A DNA stretch of 64,000 nt from an uncultured Oceanococcus sp. (lineage in GTDB: Bacteria > Pseudomonadota > Gammaproteobacteria > Nevskiales > Oceanococcaceae): contig CAZVMN010000007.1 in assembly GCA_964629015.1 (NCBI GenBank), forward strand, positions 86,590-150,589, in the 5' to 3' direction. The notes under the pieces were generated by a model. That model was given only the letters and a program-made list of their open reading frames with translations, was not told the DNA's origin and searched no databases. Made by a program: the position numbers and the translations under genes. Shown here piece after piece: positions 1 through 8,756 of this stretch. The number at the start of each line of letters is the position of its first letter. Within the stretch, counting starts at the first letter, position 1.

Positions 1-29
1 GACAGTGGTGACATCAAAGAGGTCTGAAC

Positions 30-995
30 ATGGCGGCAAATCGCGGAGTGCTGGTGGTCAACCTGGGCACTCCACAAGCGCCAACCGCGGCAGCGGTGCG
101 TACCTATCTGGCGGAGTTTTTGAGTGACTCTCGCGTGGTCGAAATCCCCGCGCTGTTGTGGCGCCCGCTGCTGTTTGGCCTGATTCTGCCGCTGCGCTGT
201 CGGCGGGTCGCGCACAACTATGCATCGATATGGATGGAAGACGGCTCGCCCCTGGCGGTTTACACCCAACGAATCGCCGATGGCCTGCGTCAGCAACTGA
301 TGTGCCCGGTCGAAACGGCGTACCGTTATGGTCGCCCATCTCTGCAGGATGGTCTGGACAATCTGCGCGAGCAGGGTTGCGGCGAAGTCATCGTACTGCC
401 GCTGTATCCGCAGTTTTCGGCCACCACCAGCGCGACCGTGTTCGACCGCATTGCCGACATCTACCGCCAACGCCGCGCCATGCCGGCGCTGCAATGGATT
501 GCCGATTACGCCACCGATCCGGGTTACATCGGCGCTCTGGCCAATTCGGTACAGCAACATTGGAAGACTCAGGGTCGCGGCGAACGTCTGCTCATGAGCT
601 TTCACGGTTTGCCGCAACGCAATGTCGAACTGGGTGATCCGTATCAGTCGCAGTGCGAAGCCACCGCAAGGGCCTTGGCAGACGCGCTGGAGCTGGGTGA
701 CGGCGACTGGGCCCTGAGCTACCAAAGCCGCTTTGGCAAACAGGTCTGGCTGCAGCCGTATACCGAACCAACCCTCGAACGCTGGGCGCGCGATGGTTTA
801 CGCGAGGTCGATGTGATTTGCCCAGGCTTTCCAGCCGATTGTCTTGAAACGCTGGAAGAAATCCGCATACAGGCAGCAGAAACTTTTTGCGCAGCGGGCG
901 GCCGAAAATTGACTTACATTCCCGCACTCAATGATGCGCCTGCCCATATTGATGCGCTCGCCAAACTGCTTAAGCCTCGCCTAGGCAACCTCTAA
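30..995 (+). CDS. hemH: ferrochelatase
   Basis: 321-aa ORF. N-terminal GVLVVNLGTPxxPT plus LPLYPQFS and SFHGLP motifs are typical of ferrochelatase. Confidence 0.93.
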   Translation: MAANRGVLVVNLGTPQAPTAAAVRTYLAEFLSDSRVVEIPALLWRPLLFGLILPLRCRRVAHNYASIWMEDGSPLAVYTQRIADGLRQQLMCPVETAYRYGRPSLQDGLDNLREQGCGEVIVLPLYPQFSATTSATVFDRIADIYRQRRAMPALQWIADYATDPGYIGALANSVQQHWKTQGRGERLLMSFHGLPQRNVELGDPYQSQCEATARALADALELGDGDWALSYQSRFGKQVWLQPYTEPTLERWARDGLREVDVICPGFPADCLETLEEIRIQAAETFCAAGGRKLTYIPALNDAPAHIDALAKLLKPRLGNL

Positions 996-1020
996 TATCC
1001 CCATCCCCATCGGATAACGC

Positions 1021-2061
1021 ATGTCTGAATTTCTTGTCGAATACGGCCTGTTTCTGGCCAAGGCCGTGACTTTGGTTGCCGCCATCGTGTTTGTTGTTGG
1101 CACCGTGCTGACGCTGGTGCGTCAGATGCGCGAGCAGATGAGCGAGCAACTCGAAATCAAGAACATCAATCGCCGTTACGAAACGATGAGTGACATCCTG
1201 AACCAGGAATTGCTCAGCAACGACGAGGCCAAAGCACAGCAAAAGCAGAAAAAGAAGGAGCAGAAAGCCGAAGCCAAAGCAGCCAAACAAGGGAAAAAAC
1301 CGCCAGCGCATCCCAAATTGTTCGTGCTTGATTTTGATGGCGACCTGCGCGCCAGCGCGGTGGACAACCTGCGTGAGGAAATCAGCGCGATCCTGCAGGT
1401 CGCCAAAGCTGAGGACGAAGTGCTGGTCAAGATCGAATCCGGCGGTGGGCTGGTCCACAGCTACGGCTTGGCCGCCTCACAGCTGCGTCGGCTACGCGAT
1501 CGTGACGTGCGTTTGGTCGTCTCAATCGACCGCGTTGCCGCCAGCGGCGGCTACATGATGGCTGGCGTGGCGGATCACATCATCGCCGCACCGTTCGCCA
1601 TTGTGGGCTCGATTGGGGTCATCGCTCAGATTCCCAACTTCCACCGTCTGCTCAAGAAAAACGACATCGATTTCGAAATGATCACGGCTGGTGAATACAA
1701 ACGCACTCTGACCATGTTCGGTGAAAACGACGACAAGGCGCGCGAGAAATTCCGCGAGGAAATTCAGGACACGCACGAATTGTTCAAGGAGTTCCTGCTC
1801 GACACTCGGCCCAAGCTGGAGCTGGAGAAAGTTGCCACCGGCGAACATTGGTACGGTCGTCGGGCTTTGGCTCTGGGTCTCATCGACGAGATCAAAACCA
1901 GCGACGATTACTTGCTGGAAAGCCTCAAAACCCGCGACATCTACAGCGTCGAATACAAGACGCGCCAACCCTTGGCGGAAAAGCTGTCGCAAGCGGTGCA
2001 GGTTTTCCGCAAGCCGCTCAATGTTGAGCGACACGACTATTTGAGACTGCAAAGCGAATAG
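1021..2061 (+). CDS. sohB: protease SohB (peptidase S49 family)
   Basis: 346 aa. N-terminal TM helix, Lys/Glu-rich linker, then an S49 core (VVSIDRVAASGGYMMA) and SohB-like length. Confidence 0.88.
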   Translation: MSEFLVEYGLFLAKAVTLVAAIVFVVGTVLTLVRQMREQMSEQLEIKNINRRYETMSDILNQELLSNDEAKAQQKQKKKEQKAEAKAAKQGKKPPAHPKLFVLDFDGDLRASAVDNLREEISAILQVAKAEDEVLVKIESGGGLVHSYGLAASQLRRLRDRDVRLVVSIDRVAASGGYMMAGVADHIIAAPFAIVGSIGVIAQIPNFHRLLKKNDIDFEMITAGEYKRTLTMFGENDDKAREKFREEIQDTHELFKEFLLDTRPKLELEKVATGEHWYGRRALALGLIDEIKTSDDYLLESLKTRDIYSVEYKTRQPLAEKLSQAVQVFRKPLNVERHDYLRLQSE

Positions 2062-2074
2062 CAAGGAGCGTGAC

Positions 2075-2704
2075 ATGCAATTGACCAGTGACAGCCTGAC
2101 CCCCAATCAGCCCATCCCCGGCGAGTTTGCATTCTGTATCCCGGACCCTGACCAGCATGTGCAGATGGCGCCCAACCGGAATCCGCACCTGGCTTGGAGC
2201 GGCGCACCCGAAGGCACGCGTTCATTCGTGATCTGTTGCATCGACACCGACGTGCCCACCAAACCCGATGACGTGAATCAGGAAGACCGCATGGTTCCTG
2301 CCGATCTGCCCCGCGCCGAGTTTGTGCATTGGCTGATCAGCGATATTCCCGCCGATCTCACCAGCATCTCTGCCGGCAGTTGCTGCGACGGCATCACCGC
2401 CAAAGGCAAGGACAACCCTCCCGGCCCCGCCGGCAGCACCCAGGGCGTGAATGATTACACCGGCTGGTTTGCTGGCGACCCCGACATGGGCGGCACCTAT
2501 CTGGGTTATGACGGCCCTTGCCCGCCGTGGAATGACTCCTTGGTCCACCACTATCACTTCACCGTGTATGCCGTGGACACGCCGAGCCTGGGGCTGAGTA
2601 AAGGCTTTGATCTCAGCGCCTTACGCGAAGCCCTCGAAGGGCATGTGCTGGACCAAGCCTCGTTCGTCGCGACCTACAGCTTGAACCCTGACGTCCCCGC
2701 CTGA
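2075..2704 (+). CDS. YbhB/YbcL family Raf-kinase-inhibitor-like (PEBP) protein
   Basis: HWLISDIP and GPCPPxxxxxHHYHFTVYAVD motifs are characteristic of bacterial PEBP proteins. Confidence 0.82.
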   Translation: MQLTSDSLTPNQPIPGEFAFCIPDPDQHVQMAPNRNPHLAWSGAPEGTRSFVICCIDTDVPTKPDDVNQEDRMVPADLPRAEFVHWLISDIPADLTSISAGSCCDGITAKGKDNPPGPAGSTQGVNDYTGWFAGDPDMGGTYLGYDGPCPPWNDSLVHHYHFTVYAVDTPSLGLSKGFDLSALREALEGHVLDQASFVATYSLNPDVPA

Positions 2705-2774
2705 TCCATCGGCGGGGAACCGTTGGCGGAGATTTCAGTCACAGCACCGTTCCCCACAACACAAACACACCACC

Positions 2775-4124
2775 ATGCGCAAAACCCTACTGTTAGCCCT
2801 GAGTCTGATCGTGATGCCCACAGCGCACGCGGCACTGCCGCAGGCGGTTGCTGATGAGCCATTGCCGAGTCTGGCGCCTATGCTCAAACAGGTCACACCA
2901 GCCGTGGTTAACGTTCTGGTCAAAGGCACCGGTCAAGTCCAGCACCCGTTTTTCAACGACCCCAACTTCCGCCAGTTCTTCGGTGACCGCGTGCCGGAAC
3001 GCGAAGTCCGCGGCCTGGGCTCGGGCGTCATTGTGGATGCCAAAGAAGGCTTGGTGCTGACCAATCATCACGTGATCGCGCAAGCCGACGAGATCAAGAT
3101 TCGCCTGGCCGATGACCGTGAACTGGATGCCGAACTGGTCGGCTCCGACCCGGACAGCGACGTGGCGGTACTGCGCATTCCATCCAAAAATCTCACCGCG
3201 GTGGACATTGGCAATTCCGACAAGCTGGAAGTTGGTGATTTCGTCGTCGCCATCGGCAATCCCTTTGGTCTGCGTCAGACCGTGACCTCCGGCATTGTCA
3301 GCGCCAAAGGCCGTTCAGGCCTGGGCAATCGCTACGAGAACTTCATCCAGACCGATGCGTCAATCAACCGCGGCAACTCCGGTGGTGCACTGGTCGACCT
3401 GCGTGGACGTTTGGTCGGTATCAACACCGCAATCATCTCCACCAGCGGTGGCAGCGTCGGTATCGGTTTCGCGATTCCCATCAAGCTGGCCATGTCGGTG
3501 ATGGATCAGATCGTTGAGCATGGCAGCGTCAAGCGCGGCATGCTCGGGGTGATCGGCCAGGACTTGACCCCGGAACTGGCCAAAGCCTTTGGCTTGGATG
3601 CAGCACGTGGCGCTGTGGTAGCGCGGGTACTGGAAGATTCCGCTGCGGAATCCGCCGGGCTCAAATCCGGCGACATCATCACCAAAGTCGACGATCAGGA
3701 GATTCGCAATTTTGATGCGCTGCGGAACGCCATTGGTCTGTACCGCGAAGGCGACAAGGTGAAAATCGATTACCTGCGCGACGGCGAGCGCATGAGCGTG
3801 AAGCTGGCCTTGGGCAAGAGCACCATTCCAGGCAGCGGCAGCGTCGATCATCCGCGCCTGCGCGGCGCAACGCTCGGCGATCTGCCCGCGGACCACCCGC
3901 TGGCTGAGCAACTCGACGGCGGCGTGCTGGTTGAAGAGGTGGAACGCGGCAGCCCGGCGGCCGAAGCTGGCTTGCGCCCAGGCGATGTCATCACCTCGAT
4001 TAACCGCAAGCCGGTGAATTCCATGGCCGCGCTGAGTGAGCTGTTGGAAAACAGCGCCGACGATGCGCAACTGCTGCTGCACCTGAATCGCGGCCAGGGC
4101 GCACTGTTCCTGCTGTTGCGTTAG
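2775..4124 (+). CDS. periplasmic Do/DegQ/MucD-type serine endoprotease (HtrA family)
   Basis: Signal peptide. Trypsin-like core with TNHHV (His), a conserved Asp and GNSGGAL (Ser), followed by two PDZ-like segments. 449 aa. Confidence 0.9.
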   Translation: MRKTLLLALSLIVMPTAHAALPQAVADEPLPSLAPMLKQVTPAVVNVLVKGTGQVQHPFFNDPNFRQFFGDRVPEREVRGLGSGVIVDAKEGLVLTNHHVIAQADEIKIRLADDRELDAELVGSDPDSDVAVLRIPSKNLTAVDIGNSDKLEVGDFVVAIGNPFGLRQTVTSGIVSAKGRSGLGNRYENFIQTDASINRGNSGGALVDLRGRLVGINTAIISTSGGSVGIGFAIPIKLAMSVMDQIVEHGSVKRGMLGVIGQDLTPELAKAFGLDAARGAVVARVLEDSAAESAGLKSGDIITKVDDQEIRNFDALRNAIGLYREGDKVKIDYLRDGERMSVKLALGKSTIPGSGSVDHPRLRGATLGDLPADHPLAEQLDGGVLVEEVERGSPAAEAGLRPGDVITSINRKPVNSMAALSELLENSADDAQLLLHLNRGQGALFLLLR

Positions 4125-4132
4125 GTCCGTGC

Positions 4133-4159
4133 GTGCGCCGGCCAACAGGCCGGCGCACC
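4133..4159 (+). terminator. GC-rich hairpin downstream of the HtrA-type protease gene
   Basis: Perfect inverted repeat gtgcgccggcc-aacag-ggccggcgcac, 9 nt after the stop codon. No clear T-tract follows, so intrinsic terminator function is uncertain. Confidence 0.45.
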
Positions 4160-4232
4160 TGCCACAGGGCTGTCATCAACGTCAGCCAAGCCTTTGTTAT
4201 AGTGCCCGGACATCCCCCGACGGGATTGCGTC

Positions 4233-5384
4233 ATGCCTCTTGCTGAACGTTATCCAGAGATCCGCGCCCGCAGCGAGGCGCTGATAGCGCCACTGAGCGC
4301 CGAAGATTGTGCGATCCAGAGCATGGATGACGCGAGCCCGGCCAAATGGCATTTGGCGCATACCACCTGGTTCTTTGAAACGGTGGTCTTGCAGGAACTG
4401 ATCCCCAACTACAGCCTGCACAACGACGCCTATTCGTATCTGTTCAACTCGTACTACAACAGTCTTGGCGAGCGTCATGCACGCCCCCAGCGAGGCTTGC
4501 TCACGCGACCGTCTCTCGACCAGGTGCTGACCTATCGCAAGGCGGTCGACGCGGCCATGCTGAAGCATCTGCCGAACGCCAGCGAAACGTTCTTGCGCCT
4601 TACCGAAATCGGCGTGAACCACGAACAACAGCATCAGGAGCTGTTGCTCACCGATATCCAACACGCTTTCCATTGCAATCCACTGCATCCCGTCTATGCA
4701 CCGGATGCGCCGCAGACCACACCGGCCACGGCGGTGCACGAATGGCTGAGCCTGGATGAGGGCCTGTATCAAATCGGCCACGCTCAGTCCGGTTTCTGCT
4801 ACGACAACGAAACGCCGGCTCACCAAACCTGGCTCCAGGCTTGCGAACTCGCGTCGAGCTTGGTCAGCAACGCCGAGTTCCAGTGTTTTATCGACGACGG
4901 CGGCTACCGCGACCCCAAGTACTGGTTATCAGACGGGTGGGACTGGATTCGCGGGCAGAAAATCCAATCCCCGCTTTACTGGCATGAATCGGAGCCCCGT
5001 GCGTTCAGCCTGCGCGGCGAGCGCCCACGCGACCCACAGACGCCGGTGGCCCATCTGAGTTTTTACGAAGCCGATGCCTACGCGCGCTGGGCCGACGCGC
5101 GACTTCCCAGCGAAAGCGAATGGGAGGTCGCTGCGCGCCTGTTCCCTGATCACGACTGGTTCGGGCAAGTCTGGCAATGGACGGCCAGCCCTTATCAGGC
5201 TTATCCGGGCTATCGCCCGCCCGACGGGCCGCTGGGCGAATACAACGCCAAATTCATGTGCAACCAAATGGTCTTGCGCGGCAGCTCTGCATTCACCCCA
5301 CCGGGACATAGCCGCCTGACCTATCGCAATTTTTTTCACCCGCATTGCCGTTGGCAGATCAGCGGACTGCGCTTGGCTCGATAG
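4233..5384 (+). CDS. egtB: ergothioneine biosynthesis sulfoxide synthase EgtB (DinB-like + FGE-sulfatase fold)
   Basis: N-terminal DinB_2-like region with His motifs WHLAHTTWF and NHEQQHQEL. C-terminal FGE-sulfatase-type region (LPSESEWEVAA, GQVWQWT). Immediately followed by egtD. Confidence 0.85.
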   Translation: MPLAERYPEIRARSEALIAPLSAEDCAIQSMDDASPAKWHLAHTTWFFETVVLQELIPNYSLHNDAYSYLFNSYYNSLGERHARPQRGLLTRPSLDQVLTYRKAVDAAMLKHLPNASETFLRLTEIGVNHEQQHQELLLTDIQHAFHCNPLHPVYAPDAPQTTPATAVHEWLSLDEGLYQIGHAQSGFCYDNETPAHQTWLQACELASSLVSNAEFQCFIDDGGYRDPKYWLSDGWDWIRGQKIQSPLYWHESEPRAFSLRGERPRDPQTPVAHLSFYEADAYARWADARLPSESEWEVAARLFPDHDWFGQVWQWTASPYQAYPGYRPPDGPLGEYNAKFMCNQMVLRGSSAFTPPGHSRLTYRNFFHPHCRWQISGLRLAR

Positions 5385-5386
5385 CG

Positions 5387-6328
5387 ATGAACCAACCCAA
5401 TCCCATGCCCCAACTGACCCGAGTCCAAGCTGAGGTGATCAACGGCTTGAGTCAGCCCGACAAACACCTGCCGTCGAAGTATTTCTATGATGCACGGGGC
5501 GCGCAGTTGTTTGAGCAGATCTGCGAACTGCCGGAGTACTACCCCACGCGCACCGAAATCAGCATTCTGCGCACCCACTTGTCGGACATCGCAGCGCGCC
5601 TGGGCCCTCAGCGCTGGCTGGTCGAGCCCGGCAGCGGCAGCGGTCTAAAAACCCGCCTGTTGCTCGAAGCGTTGCATGAGCCGGCCGGATATGTCCCCAT
5701 CGACATCAGCGAAAAGCAGTTGTTGGCGTACGCTGAGGAACTCGAAGCACATTTTCCGACGCTGAGTGTGCGTCCGGTCAGCACCGACTTCACCGCCGAT
5801 TTGCGGTTGCCTGACGGCATTGAAGACCCGGTCGTGTGGTTTCCGGGGTCAACCATCGGAAATTTCGCGCGCGAGCATGCCGGAGCTTTTCTGCAGCGCC
5901 TGAGTCGCTGGGGACGCGGTCGCAGCGAGCTGTTGCTCGGAGTGGATCTGGTCAAACCCGTGGACGTGCTGGAAGCCGCATACAACGACAGTGCCGGCGT
6001 GACCGCCGCGTTCAACCTCAACATGCTCACTCATCTGAACCGCACCGCGCAAAGCAACTTCAACCCACTCATGTTTCGGCACGAAGCGCGTTGGAACGAG
6101 GACATCGGTGCGATTCAGATGTTTTTGATCAGCCGTTGCGCGCAGACGATTCAGGTTGCCGACGCAACGTTCGACATGGCCGCCGACGAAGCGATCTGCA
6201 CCGAATATTCGCACAAGTACACCCCGACCGAGGTGGTCGAAATGGCTGCTGAAGCCGGCTGGCGCGCCTGCGACTGCTACACCGATCCGCGCGGCTGGTT
6301 CGGCGTGTTTCACCTGGAATGCGTGTAG
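5387..6328 (+). CDS. egtD: L-histidine N-alpha-methyltransferase EgtD
   Basis: YFYDARGAQLFEQICELPEYYPTRTE signature plus an EPGSGSG SAM-binding loop. Start trimmed to MNQPNP, 3 nt after the egtB stop (the ORF track begins at 5345). Confidence 0.85.
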   Translation: MNQPNPMPQLTRVQAEVINGLSQPDKHLPSKYFYDARGAQLFEQICELPEYYPTRTEISILRTHLSDIAARLGPQRWLVEPGSGSGLKTRLLLEALHEPAGYVPIDISEKQLLAYAEELEAHFPTLSVRPVSTDFTADLRLPDGIEDPVVWFPGSTIGNFAREHAGAFLQRLSRWGRGRSELLLGVDLVKPVDVLEAAYNDSAGVTAAFNLNMLTHLNRTAQSNFNPLMFRHEARWNEDIGAIQMFLISRCAQTIQVADATFDMAADEAICTEYSHKYTPTEVVEMAAEAGWRACDCYTDPRGWFGVFHLECV

Positions 6329-6377
6329 CGGCGAATGGGCCTGTTAAACTCAACGTTTTCGTGCATGGTAAGCCACG

Positions 6378-6572
6378 ATGACCGAACAACAATGGCTCAA
6401 GCTGGAGCGTCGTATCGATGCTCTGCTCGACTCGCATGCCGCGCTGCGCGAAAGCAATCGCAAGCTGCGTATCGAGCGTCAGGATTTGTATGAACGTAAC
6501 GCCGAACTGCGCCAACGTCTGGAAAACGTGATTGAGCGTATCAAACGGCTGGAAATGGAGAGTGATGCATGA
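6378..6572 (+). CDS. small coiled-coil protein (TIGR02449-like) preceding zapA
   Basis: 64-aa heptad-rich ORF with a 4-nt overlap to zapA. A protein of this kind sits upstream of zapA in pseudomonads. Confidence 0.6.
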   Translation: MTEQQWLKLERRIDALLDSHAALRESNRKLRIERQDLYERNAELRQRLENVIERIKRLEMESDA

Positions 6573-6907
6573 AATCGCATGATTCGGTGCCGTTGACGGT
6601 CAAAATCATGGGCCGCGAGTACCAAGTGGCTTGCCCTAAGGACGAGCGCGACCTGCTGCTCGCCTCGGCCCGCTACCTGGATGACCGCATGGTCGCCATC
6701 CGCAAACGCTCCGCCGGTCTGGGCATTGAGCGCATTGCGGTGATGGCGGCCTTGAACATGGCGCGCGAGATGCATCAGGCCGGTCAGTCCACGGATGACC
6801 TCGCCCAAAGCGTCGATTTTGCTCTGGACGGCAGTATGGAAGAGGCTGACGACGAGCGTACACATCAGATGCAGCTGCGTATTGACGCAGAACTTGAAGC
6901 TGATTGA
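6569..6907 (+). CDS. zapA: cell division protein ZapA
   Basis: 112 aa, VKIMGREYQVACPxDE N-terminus. Conserved zapA-ssrS-5FCL gene order. Confidence 0.85.
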   Translation: MKSHDSVPLTVKIMGREYQVACPKDERDLLLASARYLDDRMVAIRKRSAGLGIERIAVMAALNMAREMHQAGQSTDDLAQSVDFALDGSMEEADDERTHQMQLRIDAELEAD

Positions 6908-6924
6908 TGCGTCCCCAAGTATAA

Positions 6925-7128
6925 TTTCAGACCCGGTTCTGCTGCGGTGCTCGATAGTGTGTCGGGAACCCCTTGAGCCAATTTTGTCACCCCGGGAGCG
7001 GGGCTTGCGCTTGTGTGCAGGTCCGCCTTGTAGCGGAAAGCCTAATGGCGTTAAGTGTCGCACCCACTTGAGACGTCGTCTCAAGGTCAATGACACGCGT
7101 CGGCACTGGCGGTGAACCGGGCCCTCTT
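6925..7128 (+). ncRNA. ssrS: 6S RNA (SsrS)
   Basis: Located between zapA and the 5-formyl-THF cyclo-ligase gene, as in E. coli and Pseudomonas. The 5-prime auuucagacccgguuc can pair with the 3-prime gaaccgggcc to form the closing stem. Internal cccuugagcc and gaaagccuaa blocks resemble the E. coli 6S sequence. A tataat sits just upstream. Ends are approximate. Confidence 0.8.
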
Positions 7129-7138
7129 TCCTCCACAC

Positions 7139-7699
7139 GTGTTTGTGAATCGCCCAACACTGCGTCGTGAACTGCGCGCCAGGCGTCGCGCGCTAAATCC
7201 TCGGCAACAAGCCGAGGCGGCAAAAGCTGTCGCGCGACGTTTACGTCAGCTGCGCGGCGTACACCAAGCCAAACGCATAGCCGCTTACACAGCGGTTGGC
7301 AGCGAGCTGTCGCTGCAGGATTTTCTTGGCCGCTGCGGGAAAGGCCGCGTCGCGCTTCCGCAGGTCATCGGGACCACCCTGCGCTTTCTCCCGGCAGACG
7401 CGCCACAGCGCCGCCATCGTTTGGGTTTTGTTGAGCCCTATGGCCGTCGAGCCTGGGCGATCTGGTCCATGAGCGTGATTCTGGTCCCTCTGTTGGGCTT
7501 CGATCTCCAAGGCCATCGCATGGGCCAAGGCGGGGGGCACTATGATCGCGCACTGTCACGTCTGCGTTTTCGCCGCCCCTGGCTGCTGGGTATCGCGCAC
7601 GACGTTCAGGAGGTGGCCCAAGTCCCTGTGGAAGCTTGGGACATCCCGCTGGATGGCATCATCACCCCGACCCGTACCCTACTGATCACAAGGAAATAG
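7139..7699 (+). CDS. 5-formyltetrahydrofolate cyclo-ligase
   Basis: LRRELRARRRAL N-terminus, GxGGGHYDR motif, and conserved position after ssrS. The ORF-track start (GTG 7112) would lie inside the 6S RNA closing stem, so I prefer GTG at 7139 or 7145. Confidence 0.82.
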   Translation: MFVNRPTLRRELRARRRALNPRQQAEAAKAVARRLRQLRGVHQAKRIAAYTAVGSELSLQDFLGRCGKGRVALPQVIGTTLRFLPADAPQRRHRLGFVEPYGRRAWAIWSMSVILVPLLGFDLQGHRMGQGGGHYDRALSRLRFRRPWLLGIAHDVQEVAQVPVEAWDIPLDGIITPTRTLLITRK

Positions 7700-7705
7700 A
7701 ACCGC

Positions 7706-8167
7706 ATGGCCTACTGGCTGATGAAATCCGAACCCGACGAGTTCAGCTTTGCGGACTTGGAAAAGCGTCCCGAGCAAACCGAACCCTGGGATGGTGTACG
7801 CAACTATCAAGCGCGCAATTTCATGCGTGACGCCATGTCTGATGGCGATCAGGTGTTCTTCTACCATTCCAATTGCGATGAGCCCGGCATCGTGGGCATC
7901 GCACGCGTGCGTGGCGAAACCCGCCCCGATCACAGCGCGTTTGATCCGGACGACAAACATTTCGATCCGAAAAGCGACCCGGACAATCCGCGCTGGTACC
8001 TGCGCGACATCCAGTTCGTGCGTCCACTCAAGCGCACCATCAGCCTGCGCGAGCTCAAACAACACGCCGAAGCCTTAGAGGATTTCGCACTGGTGCGGCG
8101 TGGCAATCGCTTGTCAGTGATGCCGGTGGCAGTCGAGCACTGGGACTACATCCTGGGGCTGGAATAA
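7706..8167 (+). CDS. EVE (PUA-like) domain protein
   Basis: MAYWLMKSEPDEFSFADL N-terminus and a length of 153 aa are typical of EVE domain proteins. Confidence 0.8.
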   Translation: MAYWLMKSEPDEFSFADLEKRPEQTEPWDGVRNYQARNFMRDAMSDGDQVFFYHSNCDEPGIVGIARVRGETRPDHSAFDPDDKHFDPKSDPDNPRWYLRDIQFVRPLKRTISLRELKQHAEALEDFALVRRGNRLSVMPVAVEHWDYILGLE

Positions 8168-8171
8168 AACC

Positions 8172-8756
8172 ATGCCCCGCACACTCACCGCCACATTGCG
8201 TGAGGTGCGTGCCTGCCAACTGTGTGCGCCAAAGCTGCCACACCCGCCACGCCCTGTGCTCCAAGCCGCCACATCCGCGCGCGTGCTGATCGCAGGGCAA
8301 GCCCCAGGGCGCCGCGTGCATGTCAGCGGCGTTCCCTTTGATGACCCCAGTGGAGAGCGTCTGCGCGAGTGGCTGGGTGTGGATCGCGATACGTTTTATG
8401 ACCCAAACAAGATCGCCATCTTACCCATGGGATTCTGCTACCCCGGTCACGCTCGACAAGGCGATTTGCCACCGCGCGAGGAATGCGCACCGGCATGGCG
8501 CGAGACCTTGCTGGCGCAACTTCCCAACATCGAACTGACCGTCGTGCTGGGCCAATACGCCATCAACTACCACCTGGATGGCGGCGAGCCTACGCTCACC
8601 GCAACAGTCCAGCAGTGGCAACGCTATTGGCCTACCGCACTGCCTCTGCCGCACCCCAGTCCGCGCAACAACCTCTGGCTAAAACGCAACCCGTGGTTTG
8701 AGCAGGACGTGATTCCCGTCCTGCAACAACGGGTTGCGCAGCTTGTCAGGGTTTAG
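8172..8756 (+). CDS. uracil-DNA glycosylase superfamily protein
   Basis: CxLC near the N-terminus, a GQAPG motif and an HPSPRN motif fit UDG family 4/5-like enzymes. Confidence 0.72.
   Translation: MPRTLTATLREVRACQLCAPKLPHPPRPVLQAATSARVLIAGQAPGRRVHVSGVPFDDPSGERLREWLGVDRDTFYDPNKIAILPMGFCYPGHARQGDLPPREECAPAWRETLLAQLPNIELTVVLGQYAINYHLDGGEPTLTATVQQWQRYWPTALPLPHPSPRNNLWLKRNPWFEQDVIPVLQQRVAQLVRV

Noticed and set aside
2704-2775. Inverted repeat ggggaac...gttcccc between the PEBP and protease genes as a terminator.
   Set aside because: The loop is long (about 24 nt), the stem is short and there is no T-tract. This is too weak to call.
6479-7138. 219-aa minus-strand ORF spanning zapA and the 6S RNA region.
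   Set aside because: It is antisense to two well-supported features in a conserved zapA-ssrS-5FCL arrangement and shows no protein motifs.
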